Source: a virus
Reading direction: 5' to 3' (one strand)
Virus record (IMG/VR): IMGVR_UViG_3300012344_000003
Location: 1-61,197 of that record
DNA length: 61,197 bases
The position numbers and the translations under genes are program-made. Below are positions 53,766 through 61,197 of the stretch, in pieces. The notes beneath the pieces are model-generated. The model had not been told where the DNA came from. It saw only the letters and a list, made by a program, of their open reading frames with translations, and did not search any database. The first letter of the stretch is position 1. Every line of letters begins with the position of its first letter.

Positions 53766-54433
53766 ATTCCTGCGGCCTCCAGCCGCTGTTTGATAGCAGC
53801 AATCTCACTTTTGTTCTGGCAAGGCTGTCCGCTACTTCCATGTTCAAGTGCATCAAGCCTTGAGAAGATTTCTGCAAATGGACCTGACTTATTATTCCAC
53901 TGCTCAGTAATACTGATAAGCTGCTGGTTTATGGTAACTTCACCACTTTCAGGAAGCTCTTTGACAATATCTTTTATCTTCTCTTCAAGCTCCTTGGTAT
54001 CATAGCCAAGTGCTTTGAGCTTGTCAATCTCAGCATAGAGAGTGCTCTCATCAGCCTTTGTTCCTGCAAGAGCAGTAACATCTGCACGTAAGTTGAGCAT
54101 ATCTGCTTTTATTGAAGCCACATCTGTAGAAGCAATGACTTCAAGCATCTTATTCTCAAGGTTAGTACAGCGCTTTTTGAGGTTCACAATAGCCTGCTGC
54201 ACTTCCGTGTCGTCATAGTCTGTTCCGGGGTAAGTGATTCCCTGCAAATCTTTGACACTCTGCTTGAGGTCATTGATATTGCTCCTGATTTCTGTCAGGT
54301 CAGCTTCAGGAACGCCACCATTCTCAAGAATAGTTATGCGTTCTATGAGCTGCTTGACGTCTGTCTGTTTTTTTTTGTAGTAGGCTTTCCAGTCCCCATC
54401 GCCACCTGCTGCTGAATACTGCGGATATGCCAT
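53762..54433 (-). CDS. Coiled-coil hypothetical protein (lysis/late cassette)
   Basis: 223-aa ORF with a 4-nt overlap with the amidase start. Confidence 0.55.
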   Translation of the reverse strand: MAYPQYSAAGGDGDWKAYYKKKQTDVKQLIERITILENGGVPEADLTEIRSNINDLKQSVKDLQGITYPGTDYDDTEVQQAIVNLKKRCTNLENKMLEVIASTDVASIKADMLNLRADVTALAGTKADESTLYAEIDKLKALGYDTKELEEKIKDIVKELPESGEVTINQQLISITEQWNNKSGPFAEIFSRLDALEHGSSGQPCQNKSEIAAIKQRLEAAGI

Positions 54434-54434
54434 G

Positions 54435-55067
54435 TTATTTGTCCTTTAGCAGTCCAAGTGCGTCACCTTTTACAAGCCATGAGATGCCGAATGCTACAAG
54501 CATGATGAGCTCAGCGACAAATGTCTTTGAAGGTGACTTGACTGGGAGCACCATCCAGAGCATAGGTACAAGCATAGCTATTGCACACGCTACATAAATC
54601 TTGTTGCGCATTTTCTTCTGCTTTGTCATCTCGCCATTATGTTGTGTAAACAGGAAAGCGCTGTTGAATGCTAGTAATATAAAGAAGCAGCAGGCACTTA
54701 TATTATGTATAACTGCTGATACTTTAGCAGGCAGCATGAAGAAGCCTACATAGTCCCTCGCTAGTACACAGTTACATGGGAATAGCACAATAAGCAGGCC
54801 GAACACACCAGAAATAGTAGTAACCAGGTTGTCAACCTTTCCATATCCATCATAGGTCATGAGCACAATTGATGCTGCAGTGAGCACAGCAGCAAGAGCA
54901 GGTGTCATGTAGTATGTCGCACTGATTGACAATTTGCTCCAGAATCCTTCTGGAACTGGGTAATGGAGCCGGTACAGGCCCGCGCCAACTGCTGCCAGGA
55001 TAGGGAGCAGCATTCCAAGCAGTCCGCAGATATTGCGGATTCTCTTGTACATCTTCTTTTCGTTCAT
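54435..55067 (-). CDS. Polytopic membrane protein (about 6 TM)
   Basis: 210 aa made of successive hydrophobic helices; lies inside the lysis cassette. Confidence 0.6.
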   Translation of the reverse strand: MNEKKMYKRIRNICGLLGMLLPILAAVGAGLYRLHYPVPEGFWSKLSISATYYMTPALAAVLTAASIVLMTYDGYGKVDNLVTTISGVFGLLIVLFPCNCVLARDYVGFFMLPAKVSAVIHNISACCFFILLAFNSAFLFTQHNGEMTKQKKMRNKIYVACAIAMLVPMLWMVLPVKSPSKTFVAELIMLVAFGISWLVKGDALGLLKDK

Positions 55068-55282
55068 CTTGATTCCTCCGTCTTGTTTCTTGTTATGAAC
55101 TTGTCGAGCATGATGTTCATGTCGATTGTCCCCGCTACGATGCCATAAGCTGTGAGGTAGCAGATTATTATTCCGCTTGTCTCAGCACCTGGCAGAAGTC
55201 CTTTCCACTTATAATAGAAAGTCACAACGAGTGCAGCGCTAAGTAGCACTTTGCTCAGTTTTGAAATAATCTTTGCTGTCAT
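55064..55282 (-). CDS. Holin-like protein (2 TM, charged C-terminus)
   Basis: 72 aa; VLLSAALVVTFYY and GIIICYLTAYGIVAG helices with tail RNKTEESR; ATGA overlap with the upstream ORF. Confidence 0.5.
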   Translation of the reverse strand: MTAKIISKLSKVLLSAALVVTFYYKWKGLLPGAETSGIIICYLTAYGIVAGTIDMNIMLDKFITRNKTEESR

Positions 55283-55740
55283 AGTAGTATATCAAGCCAC
55301 CGTGGCAGCCTGATTCCTTTAAGGTAGAATGCATATCCGACAACTGTTGTGCAGATGCGGATAATCACGATACATAGTAGTATGTTAAGGGTCCTGTTCT
55401 TGTCCTTCAGTTTCTGCTCGTATTTGCTTATAGTCAGATATGAACTGTTCAACGACTCGTTGATACTCGTCAAAGAGATTGATAACATCTTCGACTGTTG
55501 TTTCAGTTTTTGCTGCTCTAAGTCTGAGGTCTTCAAGCTGGCTGATAGTTCTATCAGCTGTTGCTTCATAAATTCGGACTCTGTCTTCAAGTCTTGTAAT
55601 TTGCTCTTGATGAGCGAGGATGTCTGATTGAGCACCTGCTCCCTGTCTTGGCATGCTTGAGCATCCTGTGCAAATACAGGCACTAGCAAGCAGAAAGACA
55701 AAAAAAGCAGGGCACTTTGTAATACTAGCTTTTTGCACAT
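55279..55740 (-). CDS. Membrane/coiled-coil protein (N-terminal signal-like helix plus C-terminal TM), frame A of a dual-frame region
   Basis: 153 aa; AGGAGG 4 nt upstream of the ATG; its stop is coupled (ATGA) to the holin-like gene. Confidence 0.5.
   Translation of the reverse strand: MCKKLVLQSALLFLSFCLLVPVFAQDAQACQDREQVLNQTSSLIKSKLQDLKTESEFMKQQLIELSASLKTSDLEQQKLKQQSKMLSISLTSINESLNSSYLTISKYEQKLKDKNRTLNILLCIVIIRICTTVVGYAFYLKGIRLPRWLDILL
55385..55738 (-). CDS. Alternative-frame ORF: lipoprotein-like coiled-coil protein (frame B), embedded in 55279-55740
   Basis: 117 aa from GTG 55738 (same AGGAGG, 6 nt upstream). KCPAFFVFLLASACICTGCSS looks like a signal/lipobox, followed by a varied, charge-rich (E/D/R/T) helical sequence. 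The ORF track starts it at ATG 55774. Confidence 0.35.
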   Translation of the reverse strand: MQKASITKCPAFFVFLLASACICTGCSSMPRQGAGAQSDILAHQEQITRLEDRVRIYEATADRTISQLEDLRLRAAKTETTVEDVINLFDEYQRVVEQFISDYKQIRAETEGQEQDP

Positions 55741-56114
55741 AGTGCCTCCTTTTTAATCTGCTGGATATATACATCTATATATGAGTTGCCGCCTTTGGCT
55801 TTATACTCATCATACAGTTTCAGCTTTGCATGGAAATCTGTCTTGTCAGACATAATCTGCAGGCGTATAGTTGCGAGCTCAATAGCATGTATAGTGTCCA
55901 GCATTATTTTTGTACTGACCTGCAGCTCAGCGACATCCTTCTTGAGGCTGTCAATCTGTGCTGAGTCAATAAAGCTGCGGTTGAACTTAATCCCATCCTT
56001 GCCTATGCTTCCAATCTCACCACGCCGCATCATAGCAGTTATGGTGTAGATTACAAGGAGCAGGCATATAAGCAGGACAGGACTGCTATTAAGTTGTGTT
56101 AATATATCATTCAT
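55725..56114 (-). CDS. N-terminally anchored membrane protein
   Basis: 129 aa; TM helix PVLLICLLLVIYTITAMM; first gene of the lysis cassette. Confidence 0.55.
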   Translation of the reverse strand: MNDILTQLNSSPVLLICLLLVIYTITAMMRRGEIGSIGKDGIKFNRSFIDSAQIDSLKKDVAELQVSTKIMLDTIHAIELATIRLQIMSDKTDFHAKLKLYDEYKAKGGNSYIDVYIQQIKKEALCAKS

Positions 56115-58506
56115 AATCTTCTACATAGTTGCTTAATGTGAGACATTTTTCACATGCTTCTGCTTTGTAATATTTTGCAGGGTTGCTGAAGTCAAATTCA
56201 TTTATGTCAACTTCTGTTCCTGCAAAGTAGTTACAGCATGGAAGGACCTTGCCTGTTATGCAGTCAATCTGTATTGCGCCAAATTTTTTAGGGCACTGAC
56301 TACGTGCTGCAATAAAAGCTTTTTGTTGTATAATATTAATAAGCTTTGGTGAAGTCCAGTCTATAAGCGCATATTCTCTTACAAACTGTGCCAACTTTAC
56401 AAGCTCCTCTTCACCAAGGTCAAAATCAGCATTTCCTGTATTCATGCACGGGATAAGCTGGAAGCTGTTTTTAACAAGTTTTTTATTGCTCTCAAGCCAC
56501 TGCTCTATTTCTGGCAGCTGGTTTTTAGTAGCAACATATACTGTGAGGTCTGGCTTTTTGAGCTCCTTTATGAGCTCTGCTGCCTGCTCCAGTGTCATGG
56601 CATGCACATTCTTTACAATATTAGGATATGTATAAAGAGGAGCTTCTTTGTCATAACCATTTGTAAATAGCATAATCATCGGGTACTCTTTAAGGCGCTT
56701 GATAATCTTAATCTGTGTCTCATATGAGAGCAGTGTAGGCTCACCGCCAAGGAGCTGTGGGAACACTTTTACTCCGTAGGCTTCTTCAGCTTTTGTGAGG
56801 TACCTGTCAAAGTTCTCATAGATAGTATCTTCATCAATATTCTCAGCCTTAAGCTGGTTGCAGTAGGCACAGTTCTTGTTGCATGTCCTGTTGAGTGAGA
56901 ATGTAACATATCTTGTAGATTTTTGTGTATATTTTGATATTATTGGTTTATTGATATTCACTACGATGTCTTTCAACGTATCTTGCAGTCTGTGTATAAA
57001 TACTTCTTTAATTTTATATATAGTAGTATATCTTTTAGTATCTAAAAGAAGCATATCTTCTGTCCCAGGATTATTGCCTAGTGTTAATATACAGTACTTA
57101 TCAAGCATATATATCAAGCGCTCGAGCCATGTCTTGTCAAGCGCCATTATCTCATCAAGGATTTTGTTGTTTATAATCAGGTTGCCTTGTCGCTCAAAAA
57201 TGTCGCAGGGGCTTGTCTCAGAGATGTCATTGAACATGAGCACATCAAACTCAGTGCCCTCAAGGTCAAGCCCTTCTGGGACTTTGCCTATTACTGTGAA
57301 TCTGTCTTTTGAATACTGCTCAAGCGGCTTGCGTATGCGGGACTCTTTGAACATGTCTGTTACTATGTTGTATATACTGTTATTAAAAGTCTCTATGATT
57401 GTGTCTACAGCTGAGCAGCTATTAAGCATGTGTATATAAGCATTGTCATAGCTATTATCTAGTAGTATTTCCTGCATAAGTATATCTAAAGTCTTATTTG
57501 AATAGTAATTAGGAAGTCCCTGTATATATCTATAGAGCTTAGGCAGTACATATTTTGTAATAGTATATTTCCAATTTTCACTGGCATATATCTCATGGCT
57601 GAGCGAGTTCTCAGTGCTCAAGAAATATTTGAACTTAGGCTCATTATGAAAATAGAAACTATATTTTGCGTCACAAGCTACATCTGTCAAGAAAGCAGTG
57701 TCCTCGCCAGAAGAATTACAGTCAGGATTGAACTGATAATCCTTCATCACGTCACTATGACAGATGAAAGAGCCAGTGCCAGATATACGTGAACCAAATT
57801 TGATAAATATAGGATTATTAAACTGTGCATATAGCTTATTATTATTAGTAAGATTTATTACATCCATTTTACAGCGCCGTATAGCAGCATTAACTTTATT
57901 AGGCTCATCACCTTTAAGGAGCACTTCGAAATAATCAGGATAAAGCTGGTCATCAGCATCAAGGAACATAAGCCACTCACTGTCAGCAAGAGTAGCAAGG
58001 TAGTTACGTGCTTCTTCAACGCAGAGGCGTTCATGCTCTCTGCAGTCAATAATACTGCTCATTGATGAGAGCTCATCTTTAAGTGCAATTGAGTCTTCAT
58101 CCATGAGTAGTATTATAATCTTGTCTGGGAGCAGAGTATTTGCAAGGACACTTTCTACAGTGTCCTTTATATATTTAGCCTTTCCATAGCATGGGACAAG
58201 CACAGTAAGCTTCTGGCCTTCCTTATACTTATATCTATCTCCGTATATACAGGTTCCTGTTGGTAAATATACATAAGAAATAATAGAATCTAAAAGAAAC
58301 TTGACTATATTATAGCGCTCTAAATTTTTTGAAATATCAGCTACTTCTTTTTTAGGGTAGTCTCTGAACTGATATTCCCATTCAGAGCCATTCCACCGAC
58401 AGCTCTCACCTTCTCTAAGAGGCTTATGGGGAGCCTCAATGCCTGCTATCTCTTCACAGAAGCTTCTGCCTGTGATATTACCGTCTTTGTCTATAATATA
58501 TTTCAT
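56107..58506 (-). CDS. Fusion protein: GT2-type glycosyltransferase plus radical-SAM/SPASM domain
   Basis: 799 aa. GT-A core LTVLVPCYGKAKYIKDTVESVLANT..LLMDEDS..FLDADDQLYP. Radical-SAM motif CNKNCAYC (nt ~56860-56885) plus GGEPTLL. Cys-rich tail CPKKFGAIQIDCITGKVLPCCNYF..ACEKC. Confidence 0.75.
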   Translation of the reverse strand: MKYIIDKDGNITGRSFCEEIAGIEAPHKPLREGESCRWNGSEWEYQFRDYPKKEVADISKNLERYNIVKFLLDSIISYVYLPTGTCIYGDRYKYKEGQKLTVLVPCYGKAKYIKDTVESVLANTLLPDKIIILLMDEDSIALKDELSSMSSIIDCREHERLCVEEARNYLATLADSEWLMFLDADDQLYPDYFEVLLKGDEPNKVNAAIRRCKMDVINLTNNNKLYAQFNNPIFIKFGSRISGTGSFICHSDVMKDYQFNPDCNSSGEDTAFLTDVACDAKYSFYFHNEPKFKYFLSTENSLSHEIYASENWKYTITKYVLPKLYRYIQGLPNYYSNKTLDILMQEILLDNSYDNAYIHMLNSCSAVDTIIETFNNSIYNIVTDMFKESRIRKPLEQYSKDRFTVIGKVPEGLDLEGTEFDVLMFNDISETSPCDIFERQGNLIINNKILDEIMALDKTWLERLIYMLDKYCILTLGNNPGTEDMLLLDTKRYTTIYKIKEVFIHRLQDTLKDIVVNINKPIISKYTQKSTRYVTFSLNRTCNKNCAYCNQLKAENIDEDTIYENFDRYLTKAEEAYGVKVFPQLLGGEPTLLSYETQIKIIKRLKEYPMIMLFTNGYDKEAPLYTYPNIVKNVHAMTLEQAAELIKELKKPDLTVYVATKNQLPEIEQWLESNKKLVKNSFQLIPCMNTGNADFDLGEEELVKLAQFVREYALIDWTSPKLINIIQQKAFIAARSQCPKKFGAIQIDCITGKVLPCCNYFAGTEVDINEFDFSNPAKYYKAEACEKCLTLSNYVEDYE

Positions 58507-58523
58507 ACTTTGCTCCTATTATA

Positions 58524-59363
58524 TTATTCTGTGAATGCAAATACCCTGACCACAGCACCTGTATCACTACCTGCTGAGCCGCCATTTACTCCTGAACCAG
58601 CTGCACCATTGCCAGCAGCTCCGCCAGAGCCAAAAGAGCCATAGGCAGTTTCTAAATATACTGACATATCACCACAACCATTATGCATTCCTGCTCCAGG
58701 ACCAGGACAGCTTCTATAATAAGACAAAGAACCTCTGCCTCCGCCTCCGCCACCGCCACCATAGGCATTAATAGTCTGCCCTGTAAGGTCAAGCTTTGCC
58801 CTTGTCCCTCTTCCACCAGCTCCACCAGCAGTAGCATTAGTAGATGTAGGGTCATATTGATAACATGTATGGTATGGACTAGTACTTTGAGAACTACATC
58901 TAAAAGAACGATGTGTAGTATTAGTGCCGGCAGTACCAGCAGAACCATTGTTCACACCAATAGTAACATGGAGCACCGTGTCACTTAGCAATGCTCCAAA
59001 GTACATGCTATCACTGGAGCCTCTTCCGCCAGCACCATAGGAACTTACACCTGGCTCTCCATAGCAGGTTACTTTTCCTCCAAGAGGAAACAGGTCCTTG
59101 CTGAGTGTTACATCCTGTGTTGTAGAGTACTCAGCAATCAGCTTTAGATTAGGAATATCATCAGCATACTCACAGACGTCCTGTGCACCTGCTGCTGTCT
59201 GCACTTTCATGACAGCAGGGCCAGATATACTTGTTCCTGAGCCTGCATAAAGAATTTCATTTTCAGTAGTCTTTACTGCTACCACGTTCTTTGACCGCTT
59301 CGTGGAGTAGAGCCTCACAAAGCGGTTATTGCCTTTGCTGTCCCTTATCTTGATGTATTTCAT
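58524..59363 (-). CDS. Glycine-rich, Cys-containing tail/fibre-associated protein
   Basis: 279 aa; runs AGGRGSSD, AGGAGGRGT, YGGGGGGGGRGS, SGGAAGNGAAGSGVNGGSAGSD; 7 Cys; lies between the fibre gene and the GT2-rSAM gene. Confidence 0.6.
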   Translation of the reverse strand: MKYIKIRDSKGNNRFVRLYSTKRSKNVVAVKTTENEILYAGSGTSISGPAVMKVQTAAGAQDVCEYADDIPNLKLIAEYSTTQDVTLSKDLFPLGGKVTCYGEPGVSSYGAGGRGSSDSMYFGALLSDTVLHVTIGVNNGSAGTAGTNTTHRSFRCSSQSTSPYHTCYQYDPTSTNATAGGAGGRGTRAKLDLTGQTINAYGGGGGGGGRGSLSYYRSCPGPGAGMHNGCGDMSVYLETAYGSFGSGGAAGNGAAGSGVNGGSAGSDTGAVVRVFAFTE

Positions 59364-59366
59364 GTC

Positions 59367-60740
59367 TTATCCCTCAATCCATGCTGAGCCGACCTGAATA
59401 TCTGCCGGAGCCCCGACAGGAAGGACCATGAAGATAGAATCTGAGATAGACACTTCCTGCCAGGTAACTGCACCATCTGTAACTGTAGCAGAATAGTAGC
59501 GCTTTGTGCCTCTTACATAGGCAAGCTGGCCAGTATATATTGTGACACTTATATTAGGGTCTTTCTGCACAGAAGGGAGCTCATCCTGTGTGTCATATAC
59601 AAGGAACACATGTCGTGTGATATTTGACTCAGCCTTTGTGGCACGTGTAGTCTCTTTCAAGATGGCATTGCTTATCTTGCCCTCTTCCTGCGAGGCACGT
59701 GTAGTCTCAGCCTGTATAGCATCTGCATTTGCCTCTTCAGCAGCCGATGCGCGGCCAGTCTCTGTTGAGAGGGCAGCCTTTATCTCGTCTTCTTCTGCTA
59801 TTGCGCGTGCCTGCTCTTTGTCAATGTTCTGCTGGAGCAGCATCTCAGCATCAGTTGCGCGTATTGTTTCTTTTCCGAGCAGCTCCTCAAGCTGGGCTTC
59901 TGCTGCCTCAGCGCGTGCCTTCTCAGTGTCCTCTGCTCCTGTTGCGCGTGCTACTTCTGCCTCAAGGTCAGAAGTAAGCTTGTCTTCAGCAGCTGTGGCG
60001 CGCTCTTCTTCAGCAGTGTCAGCGTCCCCGCGTGCCTGGGCTTCTTTATCAATGTTCTGCTGGAGTAGTGCCTCAGCGTCCTTTGCGCGTGTGCTCTCTT
60101 CTGTAAGAGCAGCATTTATTTCATTTTCTTTACTTTCAGCACGCTCACTCTCACTGAGCACAGCATTACTGATGTCATGCTCAGTCTCCTGTGCACGGAG
60201 CACTTCCTTGTCAAGGTTCGCCTGAACAAGCTGCTCAGCGTCAGTAGCACGCTTCACTTCTGCTGCAAGGTCAGCAGTGAGCTTTTCCTCTGCAGCTGTG
60301 GCACGTGCCTCTTCACCTTCAATGTTATTCTGAAGAGCAGCATCACCTGCCTCACGGAGCGGAGGCTCCTTGTCAATCTCTTCCTTAAGCTTTGCTTCTA
60401 CTTCTTCTGCACGCTTCTGCTCATCAGCAACAGCAGTGCTGTAAGAGTCAATGCGTCCGCTGAGGTTGCTTTCTGCCTCTTCAGCACGCGCCTGTTCTTT
60501 GTCAATGTTCTGCTGCAGCTTCTCGTCAGCTGCCTCACGGAGCGGAGGCTCAAGTGCAATCTCATCACTGAGAGCAGTATCTGCTGCATCACGTTCCTGC
60601 GCTTCTTTATCTATGTTTTCCTGGAGTACTTTCTCAGCTGCAAGTGCGCGCTCTTTTTCAGCGACTGCACTCTCATTGCTGAAGCGCTCTTCCACTTCCT
60701 CAGCGGAATAAAAATTCACATTATCTAAAAGCTTGTACAT
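59367..60740 (-). CDS. Coiled-coil tail fibre protein
   Basis: 457 aa; at least 8 repeats of the LQQNIDKEAQAR / ExxRAxxAE type, then a short beta-like C-terminus (VFLVYDTQDELP..). Confidence 0.7.
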   Translation of the reverse strand: MYKLLDNVNFYSAEEVEERFSNESAVAEKERALAAEKVLQENIDKEAQERDAADTALSDEIALEPPLREAADEKLQQNIDKEQARAEEAESNLSGRIDSYSTAVADEQKRAEEVEAKLKEEIDKEPPLREAGDAALQNNIEGEEARATAAEEKLTADLAAEVKRATDAEQLVQANLDKEVLRAQETEHDISNAVLSESERAESKENEINAALTEESTRAKDAEALLQQNIDKEAQARGDADTAEEERATAAEDKLTSDLEAEVARATGAEDTEKARAEAAEAQLEELLGKETIRATDAEMLLQQNIDKEQARAIAEEDEIKAALSTETGRASAAEEANADAIQAETTRASQEEGKISNAILKETTRATKAESNITRHVFLVYDTQDELPSVQKDPNISVTIYTGQLAYVRGTKRYYSATVTDGAVTWQEVSISDSIFMVLPVGAPADIQVGSAWIEG

Positions 60741-60750
60741 CTAGTGCTCC

Positions 60751-60984
60751 TTATGCTGGCTGCTGCTCAGCCTGTTCTTGTGGTTGCTCTTGTTCCTGGC
60801 CCTGTCCGTCCTGCTGTACAGCCTCAGAAGTGTTACCTACTGTAAGCTGTCCAGCAGCTTGCTTGATTATGCTACGGAGCCAGATTGAGTAATTGTCAGC
60901 GAGTGATTCCGGGATGTCATCCTTTCTTTGCAGGTGCTCTTCCCACACCCGTTTTATTATGTCATTCTGCTCCTGCTTAGTCAT
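60751..60984 (-). CDS. Small protein between the two fibre genes (candidate fibre assembly factor)
   Basis: 77 aa, GGAG SD, Q/E-rich tail; the role is inferred from position only. Confidence 0.45.
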   Translation of the reverse strand: MTKQEQNDIIKRVWEEHLQRKDDIPESLADNYSIWLRSIIKQAAGQLTVGNTSEAVQQDGQGQEQEQPQEQAEQQPA

Positions 60985-60994
60985 AGCATGCTCC

Positions 60995-61197
60995 TTAGTT
61001 TCCGTCAGGGTGAATATCAGTTATGCGGTCAGAGAGAGCCTGTTCAGCTTCTGTCGCACGGCTTGTCTCCTTGACAATGTCTGCAGCATTCTTGTCCTCA
61101 GCAGCCTCAGCACGTGCTTTCTCAGTATCAATGTTCTGCTGCAAAGTAGTATCTGCTGCTTCTCTGCTCTGTGCCTCAGTATCAATGTTCTGCTGCA
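60995..61197 (-). CDS. 3' end of the wrapped fibre gene (same gene as 1-2525)
   Basis: Frame continuity checked across the overlap (nt 1 = 61113); ends ...ALSDRITDIHPDGN then TAA at 60997-60995, followed by the SD of the next gene. Confidence 0.8.
   Translation of the reverse strand, partial: QQNIDTEAQSREAADTTLQQNIDTEKARAEAAEDKNAADIVKETSRATEAEQALSDRITDIHPDGN
61113..61197. repeat. Right copy of the 85-nt terminal overlap
   Basis: Identical to nt 1-85. Confidence 0.9.

Noticed and set aside
59542-60728. Plus-strand ORFs 59542-60225, 60177-60728 and 60451-60711
   Set aside because: Same artefact: they are antisense to the 457-aa coiled-coil fibre gene, with low-complexity S/A/R/C-rich translations.
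1-61197. Stop-codon reassignment (TAG or TGA recoding, as in some gut phages)
   Set aside because: Long genes (7.2-kb giant ORF, terL, polA, SNF2, primase) are intact in the standard code, and gene ends use TAA, TAG and TGA with coupled downstream starts.

Overview
The window is a complete, circularly closed tailed dsDNA phage genome of about 61.1 kb: nt 61113-61197 repeat nt 1-85. It reads in the standard genetic code, and most starts have strong GGAGG Shine-Dalgarno sites. I recognised no tRNA, CRISPR array, integrase or repressor module. Two transcription arms diverge from a repeat-rich non-coding region of about 1.2 kb (28790-30066) and converge on a shared hairpin at 53269-53290. The plus arm (30.0-53.3 kb) carries many small early genes of unknown function, a VRR-NUC-like nuclease and an SNF2 helicase flanked by two paralogous genes. 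It also carries a ThyX-like protein lacking the RHR motif, two HNH nucleases, a GroES-like protein, a P-loop primase/helicase, an SSB and a family-A DNA polymerase, and it ends with a dUTPase and a T4-gp42-like dCMP hydroxymethylase. The minus arm runs from 28.8 kb down through nt 1, wraps to 61197 and continues to 53.3 kb. It carries a ParB-like protein, TerL, a 961-aa protein, the portal, a 2409-aa giant virion protein, internal and tail proteins, a scaffold-like protein and the major capsid protein. Next come two coiled-coil fibre genes, one of which crosses the window edge and is missing from the ORF track. The arm ends with a glycine-rich protein, a 799-aa glycosyltransferase plus radical-SAM/SPASM fusion, and a lysis cassette ending in an Amidase_2 endolysin. 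The best candidates for new biology are: (1) the GT2-radical SAM/SPASM fusion in the virion module; (2) a predicted 5-hydroxymethyl-cytosine (possibly hypermodified) DNA pathway; (3) a strand-specific GAGCYCACTCTCA element of about 22 nt embedded in five plus-arm genes in two reading frames; (4) a dual-frame overlapping ORF pair in the lysis cassette; (5) CTGTGAATGT inverted-repeat operators at both large intergenic regions; and (6) the giant 2409-aa virion protein. All functional calls rest on motifs read by eye and on remembered family consensus sequences. No database search was run.
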